NCBI RefSeq assembly: GCF_032191835.1
Contig: NC_083238.1
Coordinates: forward strand, 11,346,001 to 11,410,000
Source: Heteronotia binoei
Taxonomy: Eukaryota
DNA: 64,000 bases
Direction: 5' to 3'
Shown piece by piece: positions 36,086 to 49,711 of this stretch (positions are counted from its first letter, which is position 1; each line of letters starts with the position of its first letter). Below the pieces are notes generated by a model. That model searched no databases, was not told where the DNA came from, and worked only from the letters and a program-made list of their open reading frames with translations. Both the position numbers and the translations under genes were made by a program.

Positions 36086-37356
36086 CTCCACGTGAGTGTT
36101 CATTGTCTCCCCAGTCTCACTATTACATCCTTTAACTACATTGGTATATTGAAATGTGCTGTGCATACTTCAGCATATGGCAATTCATCTCCCGATAAGC
36201 AACCCTAAGAGTTTTCAGTTGGGTTGACACTGAAGCAATCACATGACTTGGCTTGGCCACACCTATCTTTTACTTTCCAGGCTTTTCTGAAACGGCAGGC
36301 CAGCATTTCGATTAAGTAAGTCACATTGTAAGCTTTCCTGAATTCCATCCCTTTCATTCAGTGACAATGCTACTCTAAGCAGAGTTACATCCTTCTAAGT
36401 CCAGCGACTCCACTGTACGTTTCTTTTATCAGATGACAATTAAGTTCCATGCAGTTGTCATTATTTTTAATGCAAAGGCTTTTTAATGTTCAGTAACTAG
36501 GGACAACTATCAACAGCATCAAGTCAGAGTTCTGTTTCTGTGACATATTAAATTGGGATGTTTCAGTTTCAGTGGACAGAAACCTGATACAGCACTATTG
36601 CTATAAAAGATTTTTCACATCACCTGTTGAGCCAATTTTGCTGGAGAATAAAGACAAAATAAGCAGTGATGAAATAGACAGAAAAGTAGTAGCAGGGGGG
36701 AAATGGTAAAATAACACTAGCAGTAAAACACTGAGGCTATAAAAGTGAAAGGAAAATCTGAGTTAAGAGTAGAAAAATATTTATACCTCTGCTCCCTTGT
36801 GGCTAGTCTTTACTACACATGGTTTCAGGCACTGTGTATGGAGAGTTCAAGATACCGGCCTACATTCAAGTGTTGGGCAATTCTTTTAGAAAATATTATA
36901 AATATTTCCACTACTGAGGCAGATGCTCTAAAATATTTTAAAGAAGCCCGAACTGGAGGTGTGCTGCTGAAGCGTCAGGGTTCTATCTACCAACTACTTA
37001 AATGCAAATATTAGCAGCGGCAGAGTTTCATTTCAGAAACTTTGGGCTGGTGTTAAGAATAAATTCAATCCATTTAAACCAAAGCACTGGAATGTGTGGC
37101 AGGCATATCTGGATCAATGCAGCATTCTTTTGCATATGCTCTGAAGCCTATAATACGTCCAGTTGTGGCATACTGAAAGCTTGAAGTTTCAACTGCTCTG
37201 AGACATTTTACCATGTCATAGGACTGAGAGCAGGCAGAGAATGTCCTAACTACATTAGTCTTTAACAAGACTTTAAAGACTGGAATCTTCAGTTCACTCT
37301 GAAGCCTTGGTGGAATGAAATGGATTTATTATACCCTTCTTCTTCATGTGTTAAAT

Positions 37357-37996
37357 CAGGGATGTCAAACATGTGGCCTGAGGGCCAAATCAGGCTCCTG
37401 GAGGGCTCCTATCAGGCCCACAGGCAACTCACTGCCATCTACTTCCTTCTCTCTCTCTCTTGCTTCCTTCTGTGTCACAGCTTGTTTTGCCAGGTTTGCT
37501 CAATTGCACAGGAGCTACGTTGGCTGACCAGCACATAAGCAACTTATTCATAAAAGCTCGTAATGCCCAGGTATTTAATATTTCCCCCTGGGTCTTAGAC
37601 TTAAAGCATTGACTATGACATTTCTGTAATGAACGCCAATAAATCAAAAGTAGGTTTGCAACTTACAGACACATACCTGAACTACACCTGAACAGCATAC
37701 TCAAGATTGCTACAACACAGACATTGTCTCCAGATTTTGATGCAATAATTCAGAACAAGAGGCGTCAGTTATCAGAAACGGTGAAATAAACAAAATATTC
37801 CAAGACTGCTAATATTTTAAGCATATTTTATTTTAAGTTTTTTTTAAAAAAAATCTTTAATTGTGTTTGTCTGTGCCCTTTATAAAGTTTATATCTCCAC
37901 TACCTGGGATTACATTTTATGACACACACGGCCTGGCCTAACAAGGTCTCATTATGTAAGATCCAGCCCTCATTACAAATGAGTTCAACACCCCTG
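37357..37996. mobile_element. hAT-type non-autonomous element with perfect 8-bp TSD
   Basis: TIR-like cagggatgtcaaac / gttcaacacccctg; TSD tgttaaat at 37349-37356 and 37997-38004. Confidence 0.88.
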
Positions 37997-38350
37997 TGTT
38001 AAATGACTATGAAGCTGCTTTAAATTTTTCATGTACACAATGGTTATATATTTCATTGATATTTCCCTCTTTTATTGTCTCCCCCCCCAAAAAAAATCAC
38101 CTTCCTACGCTGAATTATAGTGCATTTCAAAGTAGAGTTAAATATTTTCACTAAAGTCACTGTCCTTAAAAGGACAAATAGATGTCAGCAGTGGCTGGGG
38201 TGCCTTTCACCAAGCTTGGCTGGTGACCTAACTGTGGCTTCTCCTGGGCAGAACAAAAAAAAAAAAAAAACCCTCTTGCCACTGTGCTGCATGCCAAAGT
38301 AACATCTAGATTAGATTACTGCAATGAGCTCTATGTGGGGCTTCACTTGA

Positions 38351-38642
38351 GAGAGCCAGTTTGGTGTAGTGGTTAAGTGTGCAGACTCTTATCTGGGAGA
38401 ACCGGGTTTGATTCCCCACTCCTCCACTTGCACCTGCTGGAATGGCCTTGGGTCAGCCATAGCTCTGGCAGAGGTTGTCCTTGAAAGGGCAGCTGCTGTG
38501 AGAGCCCTCTCCAGCCCCACCCACCTCACAGGGTGTCTGTTGTGGGGGAGGAAGGGAAAGGAGATTGTGAGCCGCTCTGAGACTCTTCGGAGTGGAGGGC
38601 GGGATATAAATCCAATATCTTCTTCTTCTTCTTCTTCTTCTT
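38351..38642 (+). mobile_element. SINE family A, full length
   Basis: Intact head to (ctt)n tail, followed by an (aatc)n microsatellite. Confidence 0.92.
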
Positions 38643-38839
38643 GAAGACTCAATCAATCAATCAATCAATCGATTGATTGCCCTTTAAGACTTCCTGGAGG
38701 CTACAGTTGACATATAATACTGCAGCCAGAATGTTGACTGGAGTGAGTTGTTGGGACAGTATCAGTCCAGTCTCGCCCCCTCGCAGTATTTTTGTATTTT
38801 TATATTTATGTGTGTGTGTGTGTGAATGAGTGTGTGCTC

Positions 38840-39042
38840 TTGGAAGTCATGGTGACCTCTGGTGACTGATCCCTACAGGAGGCATGAAGGATACTCAGAG
38901 AAGTGGCTTAATAAAGACAGCCCCTGCCTCCAGTTCTGGTATTCCAAGGAGATTTTCCATCTAAGTTCTTGCCAGAGTTGACCCCCCTTAGTTTCTGAGA
39001 TTTGACAAGATTGAGCTTGCCTGGGCAATCCGGGTCAGGGCA
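38840..39042 (-). mobile_element. 5S-derived SINE, degenerate
   Basis: ctggtattccaaggag...ttagtttctgagatttgacaagattgagcttgcctgggcaatccgggtcagggc. Confidence 0.65.
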
Positions 39043-39054
39043 CGTAAATTTAGT

Positions 39055-39280
39055 CTTGTACAGTGTAGTGGTTAAGAGCAGTGGACCCTAATCAGGAGAA
39101 CTGGATTTGATCCCCCAGTCCTGCACATGAAGCCTTCAGCACCCAGTTCTCTCAGAACTGTCTCAGCCTCACCTACCTCACAAGATGACTGTTGTAGGTA
39201 GAGGAAGGGAAGTGATTTTCAGCTGCTTTGAGACTCCTTAGGTATTGAAATCCGGGTATTAAAAAAACCAACTCTTCTTC
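39055..39280 (+). mobile_element. Old MIR/CORE-like SINE
   Basis: gtgtagtggttaagagc head; ctcagcctcacctacctcacaag core. Confidence 0.65.
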
Positions 39281-39304
39281 TTGTTCCATCTGCAATTATT
39301 TTTT

Positions 39305-39735
39305 TGCTTTCAGGTTCAACTCAAGGTGCTGTATGGTCTGGTACCAACAAACCTTAAGCACTGCCTCCTCCCTTACGAACCTACCTGTGCGCTCTGTTCA
39401 CATCTTTGGATGCCCTGTTTTAGTTGCCCCCACCATCTGAAGCTAAGCAGGTGCTGCCTGAAGAAACGGCCTTCTCAGTCATGGCACCCAAACTCTGGAA
39501 TTACCTTCTCAGGGAGATACATCTGTCTCTGTCTCTCTGTTAGTGTCTCTTGCCAGCAGGTGAAGACTTTAAGGGGGAAAAAAACACCCTGCCTTCCTTC
39601 TAGCTCTGTTCCTGTGTTTTTAGGTGTTTTAATTCAATTATTTCATAATTTTAAATGTATTTTAATTGCTTGAACGTTTTAATGACTTTTATGTCGGCCA
39701 CCTTGTGGACTCTGACAGGGTAGAAAGGTGGCATG
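39305..39735 (+). mobile_element. Degenerate L2 3' fragment
   Basis: FQVQLKVL.YGLVPTNLKHCLLPYEP; tail gtcggccaccttgtgg...aaataaat. Confidence 0.7.
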
Positions 39736-39792
39736 ACAATGTTTTAAATCAAATAAATCACTAAAGAAACCATGCTTATTGGAGATGCAAAT

Positions 39793-39995
39793 ATGAACAT
39801 ATGAAGCTGCCTTATACTGAATCAGACCTTTGGTCCATCAAAGTCAGTATTGTCTTCTCAGACTGGCAGTGGCTCTCCAGGGTCTCAAGCTGAGGTTTTT
39901 CACACCTATTTGCCTGGATCCTTTTTTGGAGATGCCAGGGATTGAACCTGGGACTTTCTGCTTCCTAAGTAGATGCTCTACCACTGAGCCACCGC
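39793..39995 (-). mobile_element. SINE family B monomer
   Basis: Reverse full copy. Confidence 0.9.
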
Positions 39996-40023
39996 CCCGC
40001 CCCGATAGTGCCCAATCTATTGG

Positions 40024-40275
40024 CAGAGCCAGTTTGGTGTAGTTGTTAAGTGTGTGGACTCTTATCTGGGAGAACCGGGTTTGATTCCCCACTCCTCCAC
40101 TTGCACCTGCTGGAATGGCCTTGGGTCAGCCATAGCTCTGGCAGAAGTTGTCCTTGAAAGGGCAGCTGCTGGGAGAGCCCTCTCCAGCCCCACCCACCTC
40201 ACAGGGTGTTTGTTGTGGGGGAGGAAGGTAAAGGAGATTGTGAGCCGCTCTGAGACTCTTTGGAGTGGAGGGTGG
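40024..40275 (+). mobile_element. SINE family A running into a gap
   Basis: Head at 40024; the sequence ends ggagtggagggtgg at the gap. Confidence 0.9.
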
Positions 40276-40405
40276 NNNNNNNNNNNNNNNNNNNNNNNNN
40301 NNNNNNNNNNNNNNNNNNNNNNNNNNNNNNNNNNNNNNNNNNNNNNNNNNNNNNNNNNNNNNNNNNNNNNNNNNNNNNNNNNNNNNNNNNNNNNNNNNNN
40401 NNNNN
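40276..40405. other. Assembly gap (130 N)
   Basis: Run of n. Confidence 1.
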
Positions 40406-42944
40406 TGGCCTTCCACGCTTTGCGATGGGCCCTTGGCTTCCATGGAGTTTCTCATAATGTAAAATGTAATTAATGCATACAATCTTAAACTCGAGTATGA
40501 TTTTTCTATACACAGTTAAGGAACAGTCAATGGGATCAATGGCATTATTAAGAAGGAATAATGCCGGAGTTTAAGAAACAGAAATGTGCTCATCCATTAT
40601 ATGATATAAATGAAAACAGGTAGTCAAAATGCAAGCGCAACAATGCATCGTTGCAAAATCACGGTGTGCACTACAGTTAAATCACAGAACTGTTATGGAA
40701 GAATTCCATCAAGGGGTCAAGGAACACCATTCAAAAATGCTGGTTTTGTTCTGCTTTTTTTTATAGCTTAAGTGTCTCTGCCACTAGCCAGGATCCACTG
40801 AAAGCACAAAAGTACAACCCCAATAAATCATGATAATTTATATCATTGCTAATTCTGGGAAAGAAGCATCAGGGGTTATACTCGAGTTGCACTTCATATT
40901 ACTCAAACTATAATTATTTTCATTAAAATCCAGAATTGCTTACAGCAAATTTAATTCTAAACACACAGCACTGCATGTTTAGCAATGCACATAACTGAGC
41001 CACAAGTGTGTTGGGAAAGAACTAAAAGTCAAGTGCAAAACAGCCAACCCTTTGATTTATACTTTTTAATTATACATCTTTGTAGACACACAATCAAAGC
41101 ACTTTTGTGCACTTCTATTATCTCTTTTAAGTGCAACATCCAGCCGGCTTGCTCAGTGGCTGATCCGTTGATTAAAAGTCACAGAATGCCATCAGGTGCG
41201 TGTAAACACTGCCTCTTTAACAGGTCGAGCATGTCAGGAGAGCACCACTTTGTTTTAGGAGGAGGAAGAAAGTGCTCCAGCAGTTCGGGGGAAGGAACAC
41301 ACTGCCACGATAAGGAGTCTAAAAGAGCCCTCGAGAGAGTCTAATAATATAAAACCTCACCTTACTGATCTCTAGTGCCTTCCTTCTCAGAATTTCAAAT
41401 ATTTTTTTGCAAACATTTAATTAAAGCTAACTCTGTTTTGACTCATATGGTGCACACTCTCCTTATTAATTAATGCCGAACACCAGCACTTTATATACAG
41501 CATTGCAATCCATAGCCCCCCCTTTTTTTTTTTTTACAATTAACTGGGGGAGCTTTGAACCAGGAACTAGCAGCTGCACTGTTACGTAGTTACAGAACTT
41601 ATTTATTTAAAATAGTGGTGCGTTGTCGTATTACTGAACTCAGAGAGAGGGCAGAACGGCTCCTGTGTTTTGTTGCAGTACATGGCTCAGTACGGTTCCT
41701 GTGTTTTGTTGCAGTGCATGGGCACAGTGTTACTAGAGGTACCCTTGGGTCAAACGTTGCTGCCATGGAACGAGCTGTTTCTCCCCACACTTATTTTTCT
41801 GTGCACGTGGCTCTGACTTCAGCATGCATTTTCATTCCCTGGCAGGAGCGAGGACATGGATTTCTACGCAGGGTGGTCTCTACCTTAAGACCTCTACTGA
41901 TGTGTACCTGGCACCAAACTCCAGAGCAGATTTTCAGCACTCTGTCTGCTTCACTGGAGTATTTATCTAGGAAAACGTTTATTCGGAGCCTTTTCTTTCT
42001 TTTGAAAAGCCACTCTGCAGCATTCTCCAGAGTTCTGTTCCCCTGGGTCAGTCAGCTTCAGTGTAGGCAGAGCGAATTTGAGGGAAGACTTTCAGTCACC
42101 TCTTTGCCCTCTATTCTTGGCTTGTGTCTCTTCAGTGTCAGAGATAGCATTGCCAGACCCGCTGGTGGAAGCAGGAATACCCACCATCAGGCTCTGCTCC
42201 CCAGCTACTGATCTAGTCCCTCCAGCCTCCAGGTCCAAGCAGGAGATCCCCTGATTTTGCAGGCTCCTGCTGGCAGGGGAAGACCCTCCCAACAGCCATG
42301 ACGTGCCTTTGAATCATTACAGGATTGCTTACAAACTATGTTTGGGAATGTGTGTGTGCCTTCAAATCTCAGGAGGACAAAAGCTATATAGAGAGGGTGA
42401 ACAGACATGAGCCACTTCCCAGTGAGTGTGTGAGAGAAAAACAGAGCACCGTCCTTCTGTTTGTTTTGCATTTGTTTCAGTCATTTGTGAATAGTAAAAT
42501 GGATAGTAAAGAGTTAACTAGAATCTGATTATGGGATGGAGGAGAACTCCACCCCCTAGATTGCTCTTTTCTTACTTCCATTTTTCTGTGTTAGTCTGAA
42601 GAAGTTGGTTGTAATAAAGCAGATTGTTACATTCAGCAACTCCTGTGAGTAAAGCAATTTATACCGTTGACCCGATGAGATCACAAACGTGTGGACTTGC
42701 AAACTGTGTTTGGGAAAGGATTCATTGGTTATTTTGGCTGCTTTGTGAGTGTGTGTCCCTTAATAAAGCCATGCTTAGAAATGCTACCAAAGCTTGGCAA
42801 GGGACTTGTGGGAATATGACAAATTATACTTTCATTCACTGGAAGTGCAGCTGCTGGGGAACTCTTTGAAGGCAAAAAAAAAAAAAAGGATGAGGAAATG
42901 AAGACTGCATTTAGGCAGACTGCAATGCTCTGTTTTATTTTAAT

Positions 42945-43313
42945 TTTTTTAGGGAATGGGAAAGTCTCCAGGCTCTGCCTCCAAAGTCCCCAGTTGGACC
43001 AGGCAACCCTATGCTGATCAGCTGGCCAGAGGGGGACTTACCACTAGAAAAAGAAGTCCTAGGTCACATAGCCAATGTTACAGAGGAAGTGATATCATTA
43101 TGCCAGTAACTTCCAGGTGACACTCTGGTGTATGGGCAAAAACTCTTATGGTAGAAACTGGTGTTACCATTAAGTTTTTACCCAAATACCAGAGCATCAC
43201 CCAGAAGCCAGTGGCATGATGATGGCACTTAGTGTGAGACATTGGCAATGTGGACTGGGCCTTTCTTTTTCTCTGGATAAATCCTCCCATACCTGGCAAC
43301 CCTATTCAGACAC
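42945..43313. mobile_element. tagggttgcca-family MITE fragments
   Basis: Two ggcaacccta(t) termini (about 43003-43012 and 43295-43305); internal sequence resembles 33174-33669. Confidence 0.55.
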
Positions 43314-43814
43314 CATCTAGCCACCCACCTCCTCCTTGGCTGTCTGAGGTCCCTTTTAAGAGCTCCACCCTGTAGCAGAATAAGCGAAATACCCTGGGAA
43401 ATCCTCTTGGAGGGAGTAAGCGAAATACCCTGGGAAATCCTCTTGGAGGGAGACCCCTGCCCTTGCTAATGGGGAAATCCCCAACCGCCTTGCAGGGCAA
43501 TGAGACACAGCTGACCTCATCAGAGGTGATCATGCCTCCCATTTCCTCCCCCTTGCCAACTGGATGGGAACAGTCTTTTGGTGATGAAAGTGGAGCCAGG
43601 CCTCTCTGCTGACTCCATGCTTATCCCATAAGTCCATACACCCTTGAGGAGCCTTAGTAGGGAGTAGATCCTCATTGCCCCAATGCTTCTTGGGTAAGTT
43701 CAGGAGAGTGGAGGAAGACTCCAGGCACACTGATCTGAGCAAGAGTGGGAATTACTTTAATATTGTCTGTAGGGCAAGTCAGCAAGCATTCCGCATAGGT
43801 TGCCCAGAGGTATG

Positions 43815-44961
43815 GGCTGGGCTGGGCTGTCACCAGTATGCGGATGACACCCAGCTCTATCTGTTGATGGGTGGCCAGTCTGACTCCACCCTGGAAGATC
43901 TGTCCGCAGCATTGCATGCAGTAGTGGGGTGGCTCAGGGTAAGTAGACTGAAATTAAACCCAACAAAGACGGAGGTCCTGTATCTGAGTCACCGCAGCCT
44001 GAGACCGGAGGTCCATTTATCGACCTTCGACAGAGCCCAGCTCACGCTGGCACCCAAGGTTAAAAGCTTAGGGGTGCTCTTGGATCCTTCTTTAAGAATG
44101 GAGGCCCAAGTAGCTGCCACTGCTAAGTCAGCCTTTTACCATCTGCGGATGGCAAAGCAGTTGGTCTCCTTTCTGGAACGCGATGACTTGGCAACAGTGA
44201 TCCATGTGACAGTCACCTCGAGACTTGATTACTGCAATGCTCTCTACATGGGGCTGCCTTGTCCCAAATCTGGCGACTTCAGATAGTGCAGAATGCTGCA
44301 GCCAGGCTGTTACTGGGAGTTCCTCCACGGGAACACATTCAGCCTGTGCTGAAAGCGCTGCACTGGCTACCAGGGTACCAGATTCGCTTCAAGGTGCTGG
44401 TCATTACCTTTAAAGGCCTATATGACCAGGGTCCTGCATATCTTAGGGACCGCCTTTCTGCACATGCCCCAGCAAGCACTTCGGTCAGGGTCTCAAAACC
44501 TGTTGACAGTCCCCAGCATCGAAGAAGTGAGGCTCAAAACAACGAGAGCCAGGGCCTTTTCTGTTGCTGCCCCTAGCTGGTGGAATGAGTTGCCGGAGGA
44601 GGTTAGGGCCCTGCGAGAGCTCTTACAGTTCTGCACGGCCCGCAAAACGGCTCTACTCCGCCAGGCATTTATATGATGGTAACAACTGCAGCAACGCGAC
44701 TGGCCCATAAGAACACCATCAATGGCCTATCATATCACACTATGGCAATCCTGAGACCTCTGAATACAACTAACTACCAGAATTCAATCGCTGCCTGAAA
44801 CTATTATAGTATGCAAAACGTTTTAACCAATTGTTTTTTTTATGTTTTTATTGTTGCTTTTTTACCGTTCACACTAATGTGCGTGTGTTGACCCTTGGTT
44901 TGTGAGCCGCCCTGAGCCTGCCTTCGGCGGGGAGGGTGGGGTATAAATTAAATAAATAAAT
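43815..44961 (+). mobile_element. L2 LINE, RT to 3' end (frameshifted)
   Basis: GCHQYADDTQLY, LKLNPTKTEVL, LGVLLD, TSRLDYCNALYMGLP, VQNAAARLL, HWLP; tail gtgagccgccctgagcctgccttcggcggggaggg. Confidence 0.95.
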
Positions 44962-46239
44962 AGCCACCTTCTTCTGAAACCCGGAGGAATTTCCAGCTCT
45001 AGGCCTTGATTAAATTTGGAAATGTCCAGAATAGGGTGAGTGTGAACCCTAAGGGGCTCACCATCCAGGCTCTGGACATCTGTATTCATGATGATATTCT
45101 TGCCTTGCATTCATGTTAGCGGTGCTTCTGGTACGGAAGATAATGTAGGTCAAAACTTATAAGACCTAAAGTTGACGCTGACAAGGCTCAAAGCCCATGG
45201 AAATTCAGTCCAAGTCTATTGACAAATTTAATTGCTATGCACATCTCTAGAGGAGGGAAGTTGCGATAAAATGGCATCACCAGGCCTACCAGATAAAATA
45301 AGATCCTAAGTCTCAAGCCATTGAACTGAAATGAGGGCCGATCGCTATAACTGGCCTAATGCAGTTCTCATCTGCTTGCAGAAATCTGAAAGCTGTGGGA
45401 GAGATATCATTGGAAGCTCGGGGATTTTCCTCTGAAGTCATTCTGAATTAACGGCTAATGGGGAGCCTTCTTTGATAGCTCTTTTATAATTAAATGCAGC
45501 TGGATGAAAAATCAACCACAAAGGGAACTCAAGTTTGTTTATCATTATTCCTGATTTTGTTAGCAGATGTTTTGTGAGTACCTTCGTAGCCTACTTAATT
45601 TGTCTTCGTTTAATATGAAGCAGGTAAACTTTGATTAATAAACAGAAGGATGAATTCCTTAGTTCACTTTCAGATAATTCTCTAGAAGGCTGTAGTCTTA
45701 GAATGCTTATATGGAGGTTATTTTCTTTAGATTCACTTGAACGTGGAACATGTATGCAAGTTTAGAACTGACGATTACGTTGAACTATATCACAAATTGT
45801 ACCTTGACAGTGCATTTGTGTAAATTCACACATGCAAGCATACACTATAGTTCTGGTTGTCACTCTAGCCACTCCTTCAGTGGATTAACACCCCTCCTAT
45901 GGATTAACTTCAACTGCTTCAGCATGGATAATAACATACACCATGAAAGCTGTAGGAATGCCTCCCCTTTTTTTTCTTTGTCCACTGGGGAACAGAAATG
46001 CAGAATTGTACCATGATTGTTCTCCCCCAGGACTATGAATTGGTGATAAGACGCTGAAGAAAAACCCACCCCTTCCCTGCAATTATAAGATAGCTAATCG
46101 CAAAGGGATGTACAATACATCAAAGAGTAGTGCTCAACAATGACGTGTGATCATTGCTCTGCTCAAATCACAAGTTGTCTTCAAATTGACAGCCACACTA
46201 TCAATATTATTTGATGGAGTGCTCAAAAGTATTCCAAGT

Positions 46240-46590
46240 TGGGGAGGGATGGTGGCTCAGTGGTAGAGCATCTACTTGGGAAGCAGAAGGTCCCGGGTTC
46301 AATCCCCGGCATCTCCAACTAAAAAGGGTCCAGGCAAATAGGCGTGAATAACCTCAGCTTGAGACCCTGGAGAGCCATGAATGGGGCTGCAGCTCAGTGG
46401 TAGAGCATCTGCTTGGGAAGCAGAAGGTCCCAGGTTCAATCCCCGGCATCTCCAACTAAAAAAGGGTCCAGGCAAGTAGGAGTGAAAAACCTCAGCTTGA
46501 GAACCTGAAGAGCCGCTGCCAGTCTGAGTAGACAATACTGACTTTGATGGACCAAGGGTCTGATTTAGTATAAGGCAGCTTCAGATGTTG
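46240..46590 (+). mobile_element. Dimeric SINE family B
   Basis: Two heads joined by ggagagccatgaatggggctg, one tail. Confidence 0.88.
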
Positions 46591-47509
46591 TATTGCAAAT
46601 GCTTTGTGTACACACTCTCTCTTCCTGAAGGTGTCCACTCCCTATCTGTTAGCCTCTGTGGGCCACCTAACCTGCCCATCAGAAAAAGAAAACATTCACT
46701 TGTGAACTTATTTTGATCCTGCTAGGGTTGGGGTCAGGAATGTCATGACTGGTATCTTGAATATTAAAGTCCATTTTTGCCTTCCTGAATCCAAAGCCAA
46801 ATGTATTGGAGTTCATCGAATGTTTCAAAGTGGATCGCAAATACTTTGCAGCTTATAGCACTGAGAAATTAGAACTATAGGTGATCCAACAAGAGGCTGA
46901 ACTTGGACCAACAGGATATTGCTGCTGAATGTTGCCATCTGCATGGGTGCAGCACGTACCCATTCAAAGTATGGCTGACTTTTTATGATGACCCCAGAAA
47001 ATCAATAATCCATCCACACCAGCAAATTGTGAGCATGAGTCAATGGCAGCTATCTGTTCAACTACCTTGTTGAATGCTGCTATTTAAACTTGCAACCAAA
47101 GAGTGTAAACATTAGGGGGCTTATCTTCCAAAAAAAATCACGGCAATGCAGGTAATAAATTGGACTTTCAAGTATTTTTCACCAAGGTCACGGATGCTCA
47201 AACCTAATTTTGAGAATAACAACGGAACTATGATGGAAGAGTTGTACTCTGGGATTCATATGCTCAGTCTTTTGAACTAGGGGGAACCCCATTTCAGCAT
47301 AGCCGCAAGTGGATATTTCAAATAGCCCCATTTCTCCTGTTGCATTTGCCTAAATCTTCTTTCATGGCTTCTTTCTACTACAATTCTGGGATCATTGGAC
47401 AAGCTGATAGGTGGAGGCTTGGGATGAAGCATGCGAGAGACTCAAATGTCCACCATGCTATGGAAAGTGGCTGGGTAGTCTTGGACCAGTCAATTGTTCT
47501 TAGCCTAAT

Positions 47510-48357
47510 CAGCATAGCCACCTTCAAGAGGGGTTTAGATAAAAATATGGAGCAGGGGTCCATCAGTGGCTATTAGCCACAGTGTGTGTGTGTGTGTGTG
47601 TGTATATATACACACACACCAATATATATATTGGTCACTGTGTGTGTTGGACACAGAGTGTTGGACTGGATGGTCCATTGGCCTGATCCAACATGGCTTC
47701 TCTTATGTTCTTATGTGACTCAGAGTGTTGGACTGGGTGGGCCATTTCCCTGATCTAACACGGCTTCTCTTATGTTCTTATGTGACACAGAGTGTTGGAC
47801 TGGATGCGCCATTGGCCTGATCCAACATGGCTTCTCTTATGTTCTTATGTGACACAGAGTGTTGGACTGGATGGGCCATTGGCCTGATCCAACATGGCTT
47901 CTCTTATGCTCTTATGTGACACAGAGTGTTGGACTGGATGGGCCATTGGCCTGATCCAACATGGCTTCTCTTATGTTCTTAGGTTGGACTGGGTGGGCCA
48001 TTGGCCTGATCTAACACGGCTTCTCTTATGTTCTTATGTGACACAGAGTGTTGGACTGGATGGGCCATTGGCCTAATCCAACATGGCTTCTCTTATGTTA
48101 CTCAGAGTGTTTGACTGGATGGGCCATTGGCCTGATCTAACATGGCTTCTCTTATGTGACACAGAGTGTTGGACTGGATGGGCCATTGGCCTGATCCAAC
48201 ATGGCTTCTCTTATGTTCTTATGTGACACAGAGTGTTGGACTGGATGGGCCATTGGCCTGATCCAACATGGCTTCTCTTATGTTCTTATGTGACACAGAG
48301 TGTTGGACTGGATGGGCCATTGGCCTGATCCAACATGGCTTCTCTTATGTTCTTATG
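47510..48357 (+). mobile_element. CR1 3' end with eleven tandem terminal units
   Basis: Units near 47651, 47714, 47781, 47848, 47915, 47982, 48037, 48096, 48155, 48222 and 48289. Confidence 0.92.
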
Positions 48358-49711
48358 GTAGTTGTGAGATAAAATGGAGGAGAGGAGAATGTTGTGAGCT
48401 ACATTGTGACTTGACTGGGGTGAAAAGTGGGATATAAATAAGCCAACATACTGTAGTCTGGAACTTGTTGAAAAATTACAGCTCTTAAATTTAAAATGGG
48501 GCTTATGCTTTGTAGGGACATCAAGTACTGTTATGTGCTCCCTACTGCACTGGCCAGTTCAAGAGACAACACTACCATGCTTAGTTTTCTTTAAATGAGA
48601 GACATCTGGAAACTGCTGCATTGTCTCATAAAAAGACCATCAAATCAAGGGCATTTGCTTCCAAAATTGCCATAAAATACCTCCTTTATGAATTTGAGCA
48701 CTTTGTTATATTCTAGAAGTACTCTGGATGCTTAAAATATTCTGTGAAAATCTATATTGGATGGCTAATGAAATCTGAAGAGGAATCTGAAGCACTTGAA
48801 AGCTAGCCTGCAATGGTATTTTTTAATGAAATATTGTTGCTAGCTGATAGCCAGTATGTCCCACAGAATCTACTTTCAGGAAATACTTTCCATGACATCT
48901 GCTTAGAAATCTCTTTCTGCTTGCCACAGAATCCAAGCTCATTGCAGAGGATTTTGGAGAATTCATGGTTGTTACTGGTCAAAACAACATTTTGCATGGA
49001 CAAAAGTTGAGGACATCAGCACTTGCTGCCCCGCCTCTACTATTTCACAGTGGCTGCCGCTGAGAAGAATGTGGTATTCCGCTTTATGGGCCCCTGCTGA
49101 GTATTGATGGCTTCTCTCCATCCTATCTAGCTGCTGCTGACCAAAGAGAAACTTTTGATTTTCCCAGAGTCCTGAATATTCTTGGTGTTCAGGATGTATC
49201 AGGAACCTTAATTAAGGACTCCTTCTCCACTTTTTCCTCATGTGATTTCAGATAGCTCATTTGTTTTTCTTTACTGTAGGCTTTCTGTTGCAGATTTTTA
49301 ATAATTATTTTTATACTTTTTTTTCTAAATGGGTTTAATAAGTCAGAAATTGAATTAATAATAGAAGTCTTGTTTTTCAAAGCAAGTGTACTTAAATTAA
49401 CGTTTGTAATTTCATATCCACATCTGATGATCTGCTGTAAACTACCTAATCATACTGATTAGTTTGTCAGTTCTTTGCATGAGGTTTTTTTGTGTGGTGT
49501 TCTGTTGAGTTTTGCAGGGCGCTGTGAAATCAAATATTGTAAAACAGTAACAAGAAGAGCCATTTAAACAAAACTCAAATAGTTAAGGAATGTTCAATGT
49601 GGCATCATCCAAAAACTTCCAGCAATGATGATTTGATGAGAATTAAAACAAGAATAATTGTATAATGGGTGAGCCTTTATACATTGGAAGATGTAATGTA
49701 ATTTGACACTT

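Noticed and set aside
41555-42211. 218-aa ORF as a protein-coding gene
   Set aside because: Starts at TTG, has no recognisable domain, composition is typical of non-coding DNA, and the end runs into MITE-like sequence.
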